In this document: positions 14,928 through 22,931 of the stretch, piece after piece
How positions within the stretch are numbered: position 1 is the first letter of the stretch
Layout: every line of letters begins with the position of its first letter
Source of the DNA: Pedosphaera sp.
GTDB lineage: Bacteria; Verrucomicrobiota; Verrucomicrobiia; Limisphaerales; SIBH01
Length of the DNA: 22,931 nucleotides
Assembly (NCBI GenBank): GCA_031414955.1
Contig: JANOQV010000021.1
Location: 1 to 22,931, forward strand
Direction: 5' to 3'
The notes under the pieces: generated by a model
What the model saw: only the letters and a program-made list of their open reading frames with translations
Told to the model about the DNA's origin: nothing
Database searches by the model: none
Made by a program: the position numbers and the translations under genes

Positions 14928-16112
14928 ATGACGCCGATATTCCAGGAACACCTTCAGAGGCAACTCGCGGACATCCGTGCCGCTGGGACTTACAAGCGGG
15001 AGCGCGTGATCATGACGCCGCAGGGCGCGACCATCCGGGTCTCCGACGGCCAGCCCGTGCTCAATTTTTGCGCGAACAACTACCTTGGTCTTGCGCAGCA
15101 TCCGGCGGTGAAGCAGGCCGCGCACGAGGCTCTGGACCAATGGGGCTACGGCTGTGCCAGTGTGCGTTTCATCTGCGGCACGCAGGGAGTTCACAAGCAA
15201 CTGGAGCAGAAGCTCAGTGAATTCCTTGGCACGGAGGACACGATTCTTTACGGCTCATGCTTCGATGCCAATGGCGGGTTGTTCGAGACTCTGCTGGGCG
15301 CGGAAGACGCCATCATCAGCGACGAGTTGAACCACGCGAGCATCATCGACGGCGTGCGGCTCTGCAAAGCGGCGCGCTTCCGCTACGCGAACAGCGACAT
15401 GGCGGACCTGGAGGCGAAGCTGAAGGAAGCGAGCGGCGCGCGCTTCAGAATGATCGCGACCGACGGCGTGGTCACGATGGATGGCTACATCGCGAATCTC
15501 CAGGCCGTCTGCGACCTCGCGGACCAATACAACGCGCTCGTGATGGTCGATGACTCGCACGCCGTCGGCTTCATGGGCAAGACCGGGCGCGGCACGCATG
15601 AGCATTGTGGCGTGATGGGCCGCGTGGACATCATCACCGGCACGTTGGGCAAGGCGCTGGGCGGGGCGAGCGGCGGCTACACCAGCGGACGGCGCGAGAT
15701 CGTCGAACTGCTCCGGCAGCGGTCACGGCCTTACCTGTTCAGCAACACGCTGGCGCCGACCATCGCCGGCGCGTCGCTCCAGGTTCTGGAATTGCTCACG
15801 CAATCCACAGCGCTGCGCGACACGCTGGAGTCGAACACGAAGTTTTTCCGCGACGGCATGGCGAAGCTGGGCTTCACCATCCTGTCCGGCACGCACCCGA
15901 TTTGCCCCGTGATGCTCGGTGATGCGGCGCTGGCCACGCGGTTCGCCGACGCGATGCTGGCGCACGGCGTGTACGTCATTGGCTTCAGTTATCCGGTGGT
16001 GCCGAAAGGCAAGGCCCGCATCCGCACGCAGATTTCCGCCGCCCACTCGAAGGCGGACTTGGAGCGAGCACTGGAGGCCTTTGCGAGCGTGAAGCGTGAA
16101 CTGGGTCTTTGA
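14928..16112 (+). CDS. kbl: Glycine C-acetyltransferase (2-amino-3-ketobutyrate CoA ligase)
   Basis: [63 protein letters not shown] and ARIRTQISA. Confidence 0.96.
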   Translation: MTPIFQEHLQRQLADIRAAGTYKRERVIMTPQGATIRVSDGQPVLNFCANNYLGLAQHPAVKQAAHEALDQWGYGCASVRFICGTQGVHKQLEQKLSEFLGTEDTILYGSCFDANGGLFETLLGAEDAIISDELNHASIIDGVRLCKAARFRYANSDMADLEAKLKEASGARFRMIATDGVVTMDGYIANLQAVCDLADQYNALVMVDDSHAVGFMGKTGRGTHEHCGVMGRVDIITGTLGKALGGASGGYTSGRREIVELLRQRSRPYLFSNTLAPTIAGASLQVLELLTQSTALRDTLESNTKFFRDGMAKLGFTILSGTHPICPVMLGDAALATRFADAMLAHGVYVIGFSYPVVPKGKARIRTQISAAHSKADLERALEAFASVKRELGL

Positions 16113-16128
16113 AGTTGGAGACAAGCTC

Positions 16129-17295
16129 ATGCGCGTTCTCATTCCCACCGTCACCGCCGGGGCAGGGCACCTTCAGGCCGCCGCCGCGCTTGAAGAAGCC
16201 TGGCGCGCTTTGCGCCCCGAGGACGACGTGCGCCTGCTCGACGTGCTCGACTACACGCCGCGCTGGTATCGGAAAATCTACGTCAAAGGTTACCTCAAGC
16301 TCATCGAACACGCGCCCGACCTTTACGCGATGATGTTCAAGAAGACGGACAACCCAGAGCGCATCAAGGAGCTGACCAAGTTCCGCCGCCGTTCCTCGCG
16401 CGTGATGGCGTCGCGTTTCGTGAAGGAGTTGCTGGCCTTCCAGCCGGAGGTGCTGCTCTGCCCACATTACTTGCCGCTGGAAATCCTGGGCGGCGTGCTC
16501 ATGAAACGCAGCGCCCGGGCGAAGTTTGACCCGCATATCGTCTGCATCGTGACGGATTTTGAAGCGCACGCCTTGTGGATGGAGCCGTGCGTGAATTTGT
16601 TCTGCGTGGCTGCGCCGGGCACCAAGGCCCGGCTCGTGGCGCGTGGCACTGCGGATGACGCGGTGGTGGTCACCGGCATTCCCATTGCCTCAAAGTTCTC
16701 CACGCGTGTGGATGCCGCCGCGATGCGCGCCCAGTTGAAATTTGCCGCTGATGTCCCGACGCTGCTGGTACTGGGTGGCGGATTCGGCATGGGGCCAGTG
16801 CGGGAGATTCTCGGCGAGTTAAACAAGATCCAGCGCCCGCTCCAAGTGATCGTCGTGTGTGGCAAGAACGAGAAGTTGCGCCAGCAAGTGGCGGCCACTC
16901 AGTCGCGCCACGCCACGCAAGTGCTGGGCTTCGCCACGAACATGCAGGAGCTGATGACCGTGTCGGATTTGATCCTCACCAAGCCGGGCGGGCTGACGAC
17001 TTCCGAGGCGCTCGCGATGGGCAAGCCGTTGTTCATCCTGAATCCCATTCCCGGCCAGGAGGCAGCGAACAGCGACTTCCTGCTCGAACAGGGAGCGGCG
17101 GTGAAGGCGAACTGCCTGGAGGATTTGCCGTTCAAGGTCACGAGCCTGCTTGAATCCAAAAAGCTCGCGCAGATGTCCCGCGTGGCACGGAGTCTGGGCC
17201 AGCCGCGCGCGGCGGCGGCCGTTTGCCTGGCGACGTTGGAGAGTCTGGCCCGCCAGAGCGGCCCTTCGCCGGCGGTCCCGACTGAGCCGAAATGA
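16129..17295 (+). CDS. Monogalactosyldiacylglycerol synthase / UgtP-like glycosyltransferase (GT28)
   Basis: GAGHLQAA, VTDFEAHALW, TGIPI, LVLGGGFG, VCGKN, TKPGGLTTSEA and PIPGQEAAN. ATG 16129 preceded by GGAG. Confidence 0.9.
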   Translation: MRVLIPTVTAGAGHLQAAAALEEAWRALRPEDDVRLLDVLDYTPRWYRKIYVKGYLKLIEHAPDLYAMMFKKTDNPERIKELTKFRRRSSRVMASRFVKELLAFQPEVLLCPHYLPLEILGGVLMKRSARAKFDPHIVCIVTDFEAHALWMEPCVNLFCVAAPGTKARLVARGTADDAVVVTGIPIASKFSTRVDAAAMRAQLKFAADVPTLLVLGGGFGMGPVREILGELNKIQRPLQVIVVCGKNEKLRQQVAATQSRHATQVLGFATNMQELMTVSDLILTKPGGLTTSEALAMGKPLFILNPIPGQEAANSDFLLEQGAAVKANCLEDLPFKVTSLLESKKLAQMSRVARSLGQPRAAAAVCLATLESLARQSGPSPAVPTEPK

Positions 17296-17297
17296 GA

Positions 17298-17327
17298 CGG
17301 AGCGCGACGCACCGACGTCGCGCTCCG
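17298..17327. repeat. Perfect 12-bp GC-rich hairpin (REP-like or RNA-stability element)
   Basis: CGGAGCGCGACG-caccga-CGTCGCGCTCCG just after the glycosyltransferase stop; no U-tract. Confidence 0.55.
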
Positions 17328-17395
17328 CGTGCCTCGGAGCCGGTTGCACACTGCGTATTTGAGCCGTTCCCCGTTTTCCCTCATGCTCCGCGCGC

Positions 17396-18535
17396 ATGGT
17401 CTCATACCGGTGTTGGGCTGAAGTCGATCTATCCGCGTTGCGGGGCAACCTGGCGTGGATTCGTCATCGCGCGGGCGCGGGCGTGAAGATCATCACCGTG
17501 GTCAAGGCGGACGCCTACGGCCACGGCCTCAAGCCGATTGCCGCGCTGCTCATGCAGAGCGGCACGGATATTTTCGGCGTGGCCAATCTCACCGAGGCGG
17601 CGGCCATCCGCAGCGTCGCTCAGGGCTGGCCGATTCTCATGCTGGGCGCGTGTCTGCCGGAGGAGGTGGACGCCGCCGTGCGCGACGAAGTGATGCCGAC
17701 CATCTCCTCGCTCGAAGAGGCGCAAGCCTTCGATGCCGCCGCCGCGAAGCGTCACCGCCGCGCGCTGGTTCATGTGAAAGTGGACACGGGCATGGGCCGG
17801 CTCGGGGTGAGCGCCGCGCGCGCGGTTGAACTGGTGGAGCAGATGGCTGCGCTGCCGCACTTGGTGCTGGCCGGACTCTACACCCACTACGCTTCGGCGG
17901 AGGATGATGCGGCGTTTTCTCTCGCCCAACGGAGGAGCTTCAGCGCCGTGCTGGACGCGTTGAAAGCAAAGCGACTTCTGCCACCGCTCATTCACGCCAA
18001 CAACAGCGCCGCGCTCCTGCATGAATCAGAAAGCATTTACGGAGCGGTTCGCCCCGGGCTGCTGGTTTACGGGATCGTGCCATCCGGGAAACGCCGGCTG
18101 AAGGTGGCCCGGCCGAAGCACGTTCTCCCGGCGCTTTCACTCCATTGCCGCGTGAGTCTGGTCAAGGAAATCGACCCAGGAACCTCGTTGAGCTACGGGC
18201 GGACTTTCGTGGCGGCAAAAAGAATGCGGGTCGCCACCCTGACGGCGGGCTATGGCGACGGTTATCCCCGCGCCGCCAGTCAGCAGGCCGAAGTGCTGAT
18301 CCACGGACGGCGCTGCCGCGTGTTGGGCCGTGTGACCATGGATCAAATCCTGGTCGATGTGAGCCGGATTGCCGGGGTGAAGAACGGCGACGAGGCCGTG
18401 CTGATCGGACGTCAGGGTGGCGAGGAAATCTCCGCCACGGAACTGGCCCGATGGTGCGGCACCGTGCCGTGGGAAGTCTTGACCAACATCACCTCTCGGG
18501 TGCCGCGCCTCTACCGGGGCGGTCACGCGGCGTGA
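17396..18535 (+). CDS. alr: Alanine racemase
   Basis: WAEVDLSAL, VVKADAYGHG (PLP Lys), HVKVDTGMGRLG, HANNSAA, VRPGLLVYG, SYG, GYGDGYPR and GRVTMDQ. Confidence 0.96.
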   Translation: MVSYRCWAEVDLSALRGNLAWIRHRAGAGVKIITVVKADAYGHGLKPIAALLMQSGTDIFGVANLTEAAAIRSVAQGWPILMLGACLPEEVDAAVRDEVMPTISSLEEAQAFDAAAAKRHRRALVHVKVDTGMGRLGVSAARAVELVEQMAALPHLVLAGLYTHYASAEDDAAFSLAQRRSFSAVLDALKAKRLLPPLIHANNSAALLHESESIYGAVRPGLLVYGIVPSGKRRLKVARPKHVLPALSLHCRVSLVKEIDPGTSLSYGRTFVAAKRMRVATLTAGYGDGYPRAASQQAEVLIHGRRCRVLGRVTMDQILVDVSRIAGVKNGDEAVLIGRQGGEEISATELARWCGTVPWEVLTNITSRVPRLYRGGHAA

Positions 18536-18538
18536 GGG

Positions 18539-19201
18539 TCATTTCCGCTGGCTTTTCAGGCGCCTTCTTTCACGCCAGAATTCAAATACCGCCGGCAGGA
18601 CGGAGAGGATGATGATGGCGATGATGACCAGCCCAAAATTTTTCTTCACCGCCTGGATGTTGCCGAAGAAGTAGCCGAGGAGCAGGAACGAGACAATCCA
18701 CACCACCCCGCCCACGATGTTGAAGGACATGAACCGGCGGTACGTCATCTTCCCCATTCCGGCCACGAACGGCGCGAAGGTGCGAATGATGGGCATGAAC
18801 CGGGCGAGGATGATGGTCTTGCCGCCGTAGCGTTCGTAAAACTCGTGCGTGCGCTCGAGATGCTTCTTGTTGAGAAACCGCACACTCTCGCCTCGGAAAA
18901 TGCGCGGCCCGAGTCGGGCTCCAAACCAGTAGTTCACGGTGTCGCCCAGGATCGCGGCCACGATCAAGAGCGGGAGCAAGAGGCCCAGACTAAGGTTGTT
19001 CGGCGGCGGCAGCGCGCAGAAGGCACCCACGGCGAAGAGCAGGGAATCGCCGGGCAGGAACGGCGTCACCACCAGTCCTGTCTCGCAGAAGATAATGAGG
19101 AAAAGGATCAGGTACATCCACGGGCCGTACGTTTCGATCAGACCCCCGAGGTGCTTGTCCAGGTGCAACACCAAGTCGATAAATTTTCGGAGCAGTTCCA
19201 T
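18539..19201 (-). CDS. dedA: DedA family membrane protein
   Basis: [30 protein letters not shown] and [31 protein letters not shown] at 19201. Confidence 0.93.
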   Translation of the reverse strand: MELLRKFIDLVLHLDKHLGGLIETYGPWMYLILFLIIFCETGLVVTPFLPGDSLLFAVGAFCALPPPNNLSLGLLLPLLIVAAILGDTVNYWFGARLGPRIFRGESVRFLNKKHLERTHEFYERYGGKTIILARFMPIIRTFAPFVAGMGKMTYRRFMSFNIVGGVVWIVSFLLLGYFFGNIQAVKKNFGLVIIAIIILSVLPAVFEFWRERRRLKSQRK

Positions 19202-19255
19202 TTTAAGCGGGCGCAACTTGCGGGAAAACGCTGTTGGGAAACAAGGACGATGTTA

Positions 19256-19432
19256 AAGCCTGTCTGAAAAATCGGAGGTGGAGTGCGCCCGTCCTCCGGC
19301 GCAGCAAGGTGATGACTGGGAGCGCGTCGGAAAAACCCATACCCGCTGAGGTTCGCACGTTGCTGCGCCCGAGGACGGGCACACTCCGGGGCGGGCAGCT
19401 TGCGCTGCCCGAGTGACTTTTCAGACCGGCTC
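19256..19432. mobile_element. 177-bp MITE-like element with TTA direct repeats and an internal inverted doublet
   Basis: TIRs AAGCCTGTCTGAAAAATC (19256-19273) and GACTTTTCAGACCGGCTC (19415-19432) match 15/18 and are flanked by TTA on both sides. Inner arms 19280-19311 and 19356-19387 match 29/32. Additional 8-bp stem at 19392-19411. Confidence 0.72.
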
Positions 19433-19448
19433 TTAGATACTGGCCCCA

Positions 19449-20501
19449 ATGAAAGCCGCTGTGCTCCACGGGAAGGAAGATGTGCGCATCGAGGATGTCG
19501 CCGAGCGTCCGCTCGCTCCAGGCGAAGTCAGGGTGCGCATCGAGGCCGCGCTGACCTGCGGCACGGACTTGAAGGTGTTCAAGCGGGGATACCACGCGAG
19601 GATGATCGTGCCGCCGGCGGTGTTTGGGCACGAGCTCGCGGGCGTCATCACCGAGGTCCAAAGTCCAAAGTCCAAAGTCCAAAGTCGGGCGTGGTCGGTT
19701 GGTGATCGGGTGGTCGTCGCGAATTCCGCGCCTTGCGGCGAATGTTTCTTTTGCCAGGCGGGACAGGAGAGCCTTTGTGATGACTTGCTTTTTCTAAACG
19801 GCGCGTACGCCGAGTCGATTGTCATCCCGGCACGGCTGGTCGAGAAGAACCTGTTGCGGCTTGCGGACACCACGGCCTTTCGGGACGCCGCACTGTGCGA
19901 GCCGCTGGCCTGCGTCGTGCAGGGCATCGAGGACTGCCGGCTCAAGCCCGCGCAACGGGTCATGATCCTGGGCGCGGGTCCAATTGGCTTGATGGCCGTG
20001 GCTCTGGCCCGCCACGCCGGCTGCGAAGTACTCGTGGCCGGACGCGGCGAGAATCGTCTCGCCAAGGCCAAGCAACTTGGCGCTACGACAATTATTGATG
20101 TCGGGCAGTCGGATTTGGTCACGGCCTTCAAGGCGGGCGGGGTCGCCGCGCCGGATGTCGTCTTCGAGGCCGTGGGCAAACCCGAGGCGTGGGAGGCAGC
20201 GGTGCAGATCGTGCGCAAGGGCGGGTTGGTGAATTTTTTCGGCGGCTGCCCGGCCGGCACGTCCGTGTCGCTCGACACGGGTCGGCTTCACTATTCGAGC
20301 ATCAACCTGGTGGCGAGTTTCCACCATACGCCGCGCACCATTCGGCGGGCTCTGGAGTTCATCGAGGCAGGCGTGATCCGCGCCGCCGACTTCGTGGATG
20401 GTGAGTGCGCGCTGGAGGAATTGCCCGTGCTTTTGCTCGGCATGGCGCAGGGCAATCGAGCCGTGAAGACACTGGTCCGGACGCAGCTTCCGCCCGCCTG
20501 A
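19449..20501 (+). CDS. Zinc-dependent medium-chain dehydrogenase (iditol/threonine dehydrogenase-like)
   Basis: TCGTD, GHE, structural Zn motif CGECFFC...C, EPLAC and Rossmann GAGPIG. Confidence 0.92.
   Translation: MKAAVLHGKEDVRIEDVAERPLAPGEVRVRIEAALTCGTDLKVFKRGYHARMIVPPAVFGHELAGVITEVQSPKSKVQSRAWSVGDRVVVANSAPCGECFFCQAGQESLCDDLLFLNGAYAESIVIPARLVEKNLLRLADTTAFRDAALCEPLACVVQGIEDCRLKPAQRVMILGAGPIGLMAVALARHAGCEVLVAGRGENRLAKAKQLGATTIIDVGQSDLVTAFKAGGVAAPDVVFEAVGKPEAWEAAVQIVRKGGLVNFFGGCPAGTSVSLDTGRLHYSSINLVASFHHTPRTIRRALEFIEAGVIRAADFVDGECALEELPVLLLGMAQGNRAVKTLVRTQLPPA
19656..19686 (+). repeat. Perfect heptamer tandem repeat (GTCCAAA)x4 inside the dehydrogenase CDS
   Basis: GTCCAAA GTCCAAA GTCCAAA GTCCAAA GTC, encoding VQSPKSKVQS. 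Confidence 0.95.
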
Positions 20502-20519
20502 TAACGGCCAACTCAGCCG

Positions 20520-20547
20520 TTGACGGGCAAATGCCCTTTGCTACTGT
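20520..20547 (+). promoter_or_regulatory. Putative ppdK promoter
   Basis: TTGACG, 16 nt, then TACTGT with an extended -10 TG; about 70 nt upstream of the ATG. Confidence 0.45.
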
Positions 20548-20618
20548 CGCGCCTCATTTTTCACGGCCCAGCCGCTGAAAGTGGATTCACTCACAAGTTT
20601 GACTGGCACAATTGATTT

Positions 20619-22931
20619 ATGGCTAAAGCATCGAAGACATCGAAATACGTTTACACCTGGGGCAACAAAAAGGCTGACGGCGACGGCAGCATGAAGGCCC
20701 TCCTCGGCGGCAAGGGCGCGAACCTCGCCGAGATGACCCGCATCGGCCTCCCCGTGCCTCCCGGCTTCACCATCAGCACCGAGGTCTGCACTTATTTCTA
20801 CGCCAACAAGCGCACCTATCCCGCCGTCCTCCAGGCGCAGATGGAAGCCGGCGTCGTGAACATGGAGAAGATCATGGGGACGAAGTTCGGCTCGACCTCC
20901 GGCATGCCGCTGCTCGTCGCCGTGCGCTCCGGTGCCCGCGATTCCATGCCGGGCATGATGGACACGATTTTGAACCTCGGCTTGAACGACCAGGCTGTCC
21001 TCGCGCTGGCCAAGGCCACGGGCAATGAACGTTTCGCGTGGGACTGCTACCGCCGCTTCATCCAGATGTATGGCGACGTGGTGATGGGCGTGCAGAAGCG
21101 CGAAGGCGAAGATCACGATCCGTTTGAGTCCGTCATCCACGGTTTCAAGCACGACAAATATCATCGCGACATCATTGATTCCGATCTCACCGCCGCTGAT
21201 CAGCAGGAACTCGTGAAGCGCTTCAAGGCGCTCGTGAAGGAACGCACGAACAAGGCCTTCCCGAACAATCCTTGGGATCAACTTCGCGGCGCGGCCGGTG
21301 CCGTGTTCGGCTCCTGGATGAATGACCGCGCCAAGGTCTATCGCGCGAAATACAACATCCCCACCGAATGGGGAACGGCCGTCAACGTGCAGGCGATGGT
21401 CTTCGGCAACACCGGCGAAACCTCCGGTTCCGGCGTGGCCTTCACCCGCAATCCCGCGAACGGCGTGAATGAATTCTACGGTGAATTCCTCATCAACGCC
21501 CAGGGTGAAGACGTCGTCGCTGGTGTTCGTACCCCGGAGCCGGTGCTTAAGCTCAAGCAGCAGATGCCCAAGTCCTACGCCGAGCTGATGGAAGTCCGCA
21601 AGACCTTGGAGAAGCATTTCAAGGACGTGCAGGACATCGAGTTCACGGTGCAGGAAGGCAAGCTCTTCATGCTCCAGACGCGCAACGGCAAACGCACCGC
21701 GATGGCCGCGCTGAAGTTCGCCGCCGACATGGTGAAGGAGAAGCTCATCGACTGGGAAACCGCCATCCTGCGCAACCCGGCTGACCAGCTTGAACAGTTG
21801 CTCGCGCCCATCTTCGACCTCGCCGAGGTGAAGAAGGCCAAGGCTATTGCCACCGGTCTCCCGGCTGGTCCTGGTGCGGCCACTGGCAAGATTTACTTCA
21901 ACGCCGAGCGCGCTGTCATCGCCGCTGAAAAGGGTGAGAAGGTTCTCCTCGTTCGCGTCGAGACTTCGCCCGAAGACTTGCGCGGCATGATCGCGGCGGA
22001 AGGCATTCTCACCGCTCGCGGTGGTGTCAGCTCGCACGCGGCGCTCGTCGCCCGTCAGATGGGCAAGGTCTGCGTCTGCGGCGCAGCGGCGCTCCATGTC
22101 GATTACGACAAGAAGACCGTGACCGTGGATGGACAGACCTTCAGCGAAGGCGACTTCCTCTCCATCGACGGCACCTCCGGTCTTGTCTATGGCGGCCAGA
22201 TCAAAACCGCGCCGTCCGAGATCGTCTCCGGCCTCATCAACGGCGACAAAGCCGCGCAGAAGACCGAGAAGTTCAAGAACTACGCGCAGCTCATGCAGTG
22301 GTGCGCGAAGGCCACCCGCATGCAGGTCCGCACCAACGCCGACAACCCCGAGCAGACGGCCAACGCCCTCGCGTTCGGTGCCGTCGGCATCGGCCTCACC
22401 CGCACCGAGCACATGTTCTTCGAAGGCGACCGCATCGACGCGATGCGCGAAATGATTCTCGCGGACTCGCTCGAAGCCCGTCAGGCCGCGCTGGCCAAGC
22501 TGCTCCCGTATCAGCGCGAAGACTTCTTCGGCATCTTCAAGGAACTGAAGGGCTATCCCGCCACCATCCGTTTCCTCGATCCGCCGCTGCACGAGTTCCT
22601 GCCGCACGATCAGGCCGCGCAGGCCGCCCTCGCCGAGAAACTTGGCGTGAAGCCGGAAAAGATCAGTGCCCGCGTCCACGAATTGCACGAGTTCAACCCC
22701 ATGCTCGGCTTCCGCGGCTGCCGCCTCGGCATCAAGTTCCCGGAAATCACCGCCATGCAGGCCCGCGCCGTCTTCGAGGCCGCTGCGGATGCGAACAAGA
22801 AGGGCTTCAAGGCCAAGCCCGAGATCATGATCCCGCTCGTCGGCTTCAAGAAGGAACTCGACCTCCAGGTCCAGGTCGTTCACGAAGTCGCCGCCCTCGT
22901 GCAGAAGGAGAAGAAGGTGAAGATCGCCTAC
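20619..22931 (+). CDS. ppdK: Pyruvate, phosphate dikinase (3' end runs off the window)
   Basis: Manual translation from ATG 20619 gives [15 protein letters not shown]...[12 protein letters not shown]...PVPPGFTI...[13 protein letters not shown]...[11 protein letters not shown]...LQTRNGKRT...[12 protein letters not shown] (phospho-His)...TEHMFF...[12 protein letters not shown]. No stop in the window, so it is absent from the ORF track. Confidence 0.97.
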   Translation, partial: MAKASKTSKYVYTWGNKKADGDGSMKALLGGKGANLAEMTRIGLPVPPGFTISTEVCTYFYANKRTYPAVLQAQMEAGVVNMEKIMGTKFGSTSGMPLLVAVRSGARDSMPGMMDTILNLGLNDQAVLALAKATGNERFAWDCYRRFIQMYGDVVMGVQKREGEDHDPFESVIHGFKHDKYHRDIIDSDLTAADQQELVKRFKALVKERTNKAFPNNPWDQLRGAAGAVFGSWMNDRAKVYRAKYNIPTEWGTAVNVQAMVFGNTGETSGSGVAFTRNPANGVNEFYGEFLINAQGEDVVAGVRTPEPVLKLKQQMPKSYAELMEVRKTLEKHFKDVQDIEFTVQEGKLFMLQTRNGKRTAMAALKFAADMVKEKLIDWETAILRNPADQLEQLLAPIFDLAEVKKAKAIATGLPAGPGAATGKIYFNAERAVIAAEKGEKVLLVRVETSPEDLRGMIAAEGILTARGGVSSHAALVARQMGKVCVCGAAALHVDYDKKTVTVDGQTFSEGDFLSIDGTSGLVYGGQIKTAPSEIVSGLINGDKAAQKTEKFKNYAQLMQWCAKATRMQVRTNADNPEQTANALAFGAVGIGLTRTEHMFFEGDRIDAMREMILADSLEARQAALAKLLPYQREDFFGIFKELKGYPATIRFLDPPLHEFLPHDQAAQAALAEKLGVKPEKISARVHELHEFNPMLGFRGCRLGIKFPEITAMQARAVFEAAADANKKGFKAKPEIMIPLVGFKKELDLQVQVVHEVAALVQKEKKVKIAY

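Noticed and set aside
13481..14929. N-terminal ~480 aa of the 773-aa ORF 12608..14929
   Set aside because: Antisense to the Gfo/Idh/MocA gene; the real protein starts at the signal peptide at 13471 or 13480.
19449..20501. Calling the Zn-dehydrogenase tdh because kbl is nearby
   Set aside because: It is separated by three genes and lacks clear Tdh-specific sequence; substrate unknown.
20541..22883. 780-aa minus-strand ORF
   Set aside because: Antisense shadow of ppdK, whose biased codon usage removes stops on the opposite strand; no protein motifs.

Overview
GC-rich bacterial DNA whose gene content and repeat style suggest Verrucomicrobiota/PVC (inference). Gene order: thiD (-); tricorn-like S41 protease (+); a lower-GC islet (62-aa ORF plus a Sel1-repeat protein) bracketed by a diverged duplicate of the protease 3' end; a lexA operon (-) with a single 1518-aa ORF fusing a Y-family (DinB/Pol IV-like) polymerase to a DnaE2-like C-family polymerase, both with intact catalytic motifs; two exported hypothetical proteins (-); a Tat Gfo/Idh/MocA oxidoreductase; kbl; an MGDG-synthase-like glycosyltransferase; alr; dedA (-); a Zn-dependent dehydrogenase; and the 5' part of ppdK, which the ORF track omits. 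Most notable: (1) a two-gene SOS mutagenesis cassette with a dual-polymerase fusion and a perfect 18-bp palindrome at the lexA promoter that does not resemble the LexA boxes I know; (2) six in-frame insertions of 7-nt-period repeats in the polymerase gene, five as inverted pairs and one enclosing a GTAG REP doublet, plus a seventh in the dehydrogenase; (3) the 3'-end-replacement islet; (4) two nested MITE/REP elements.
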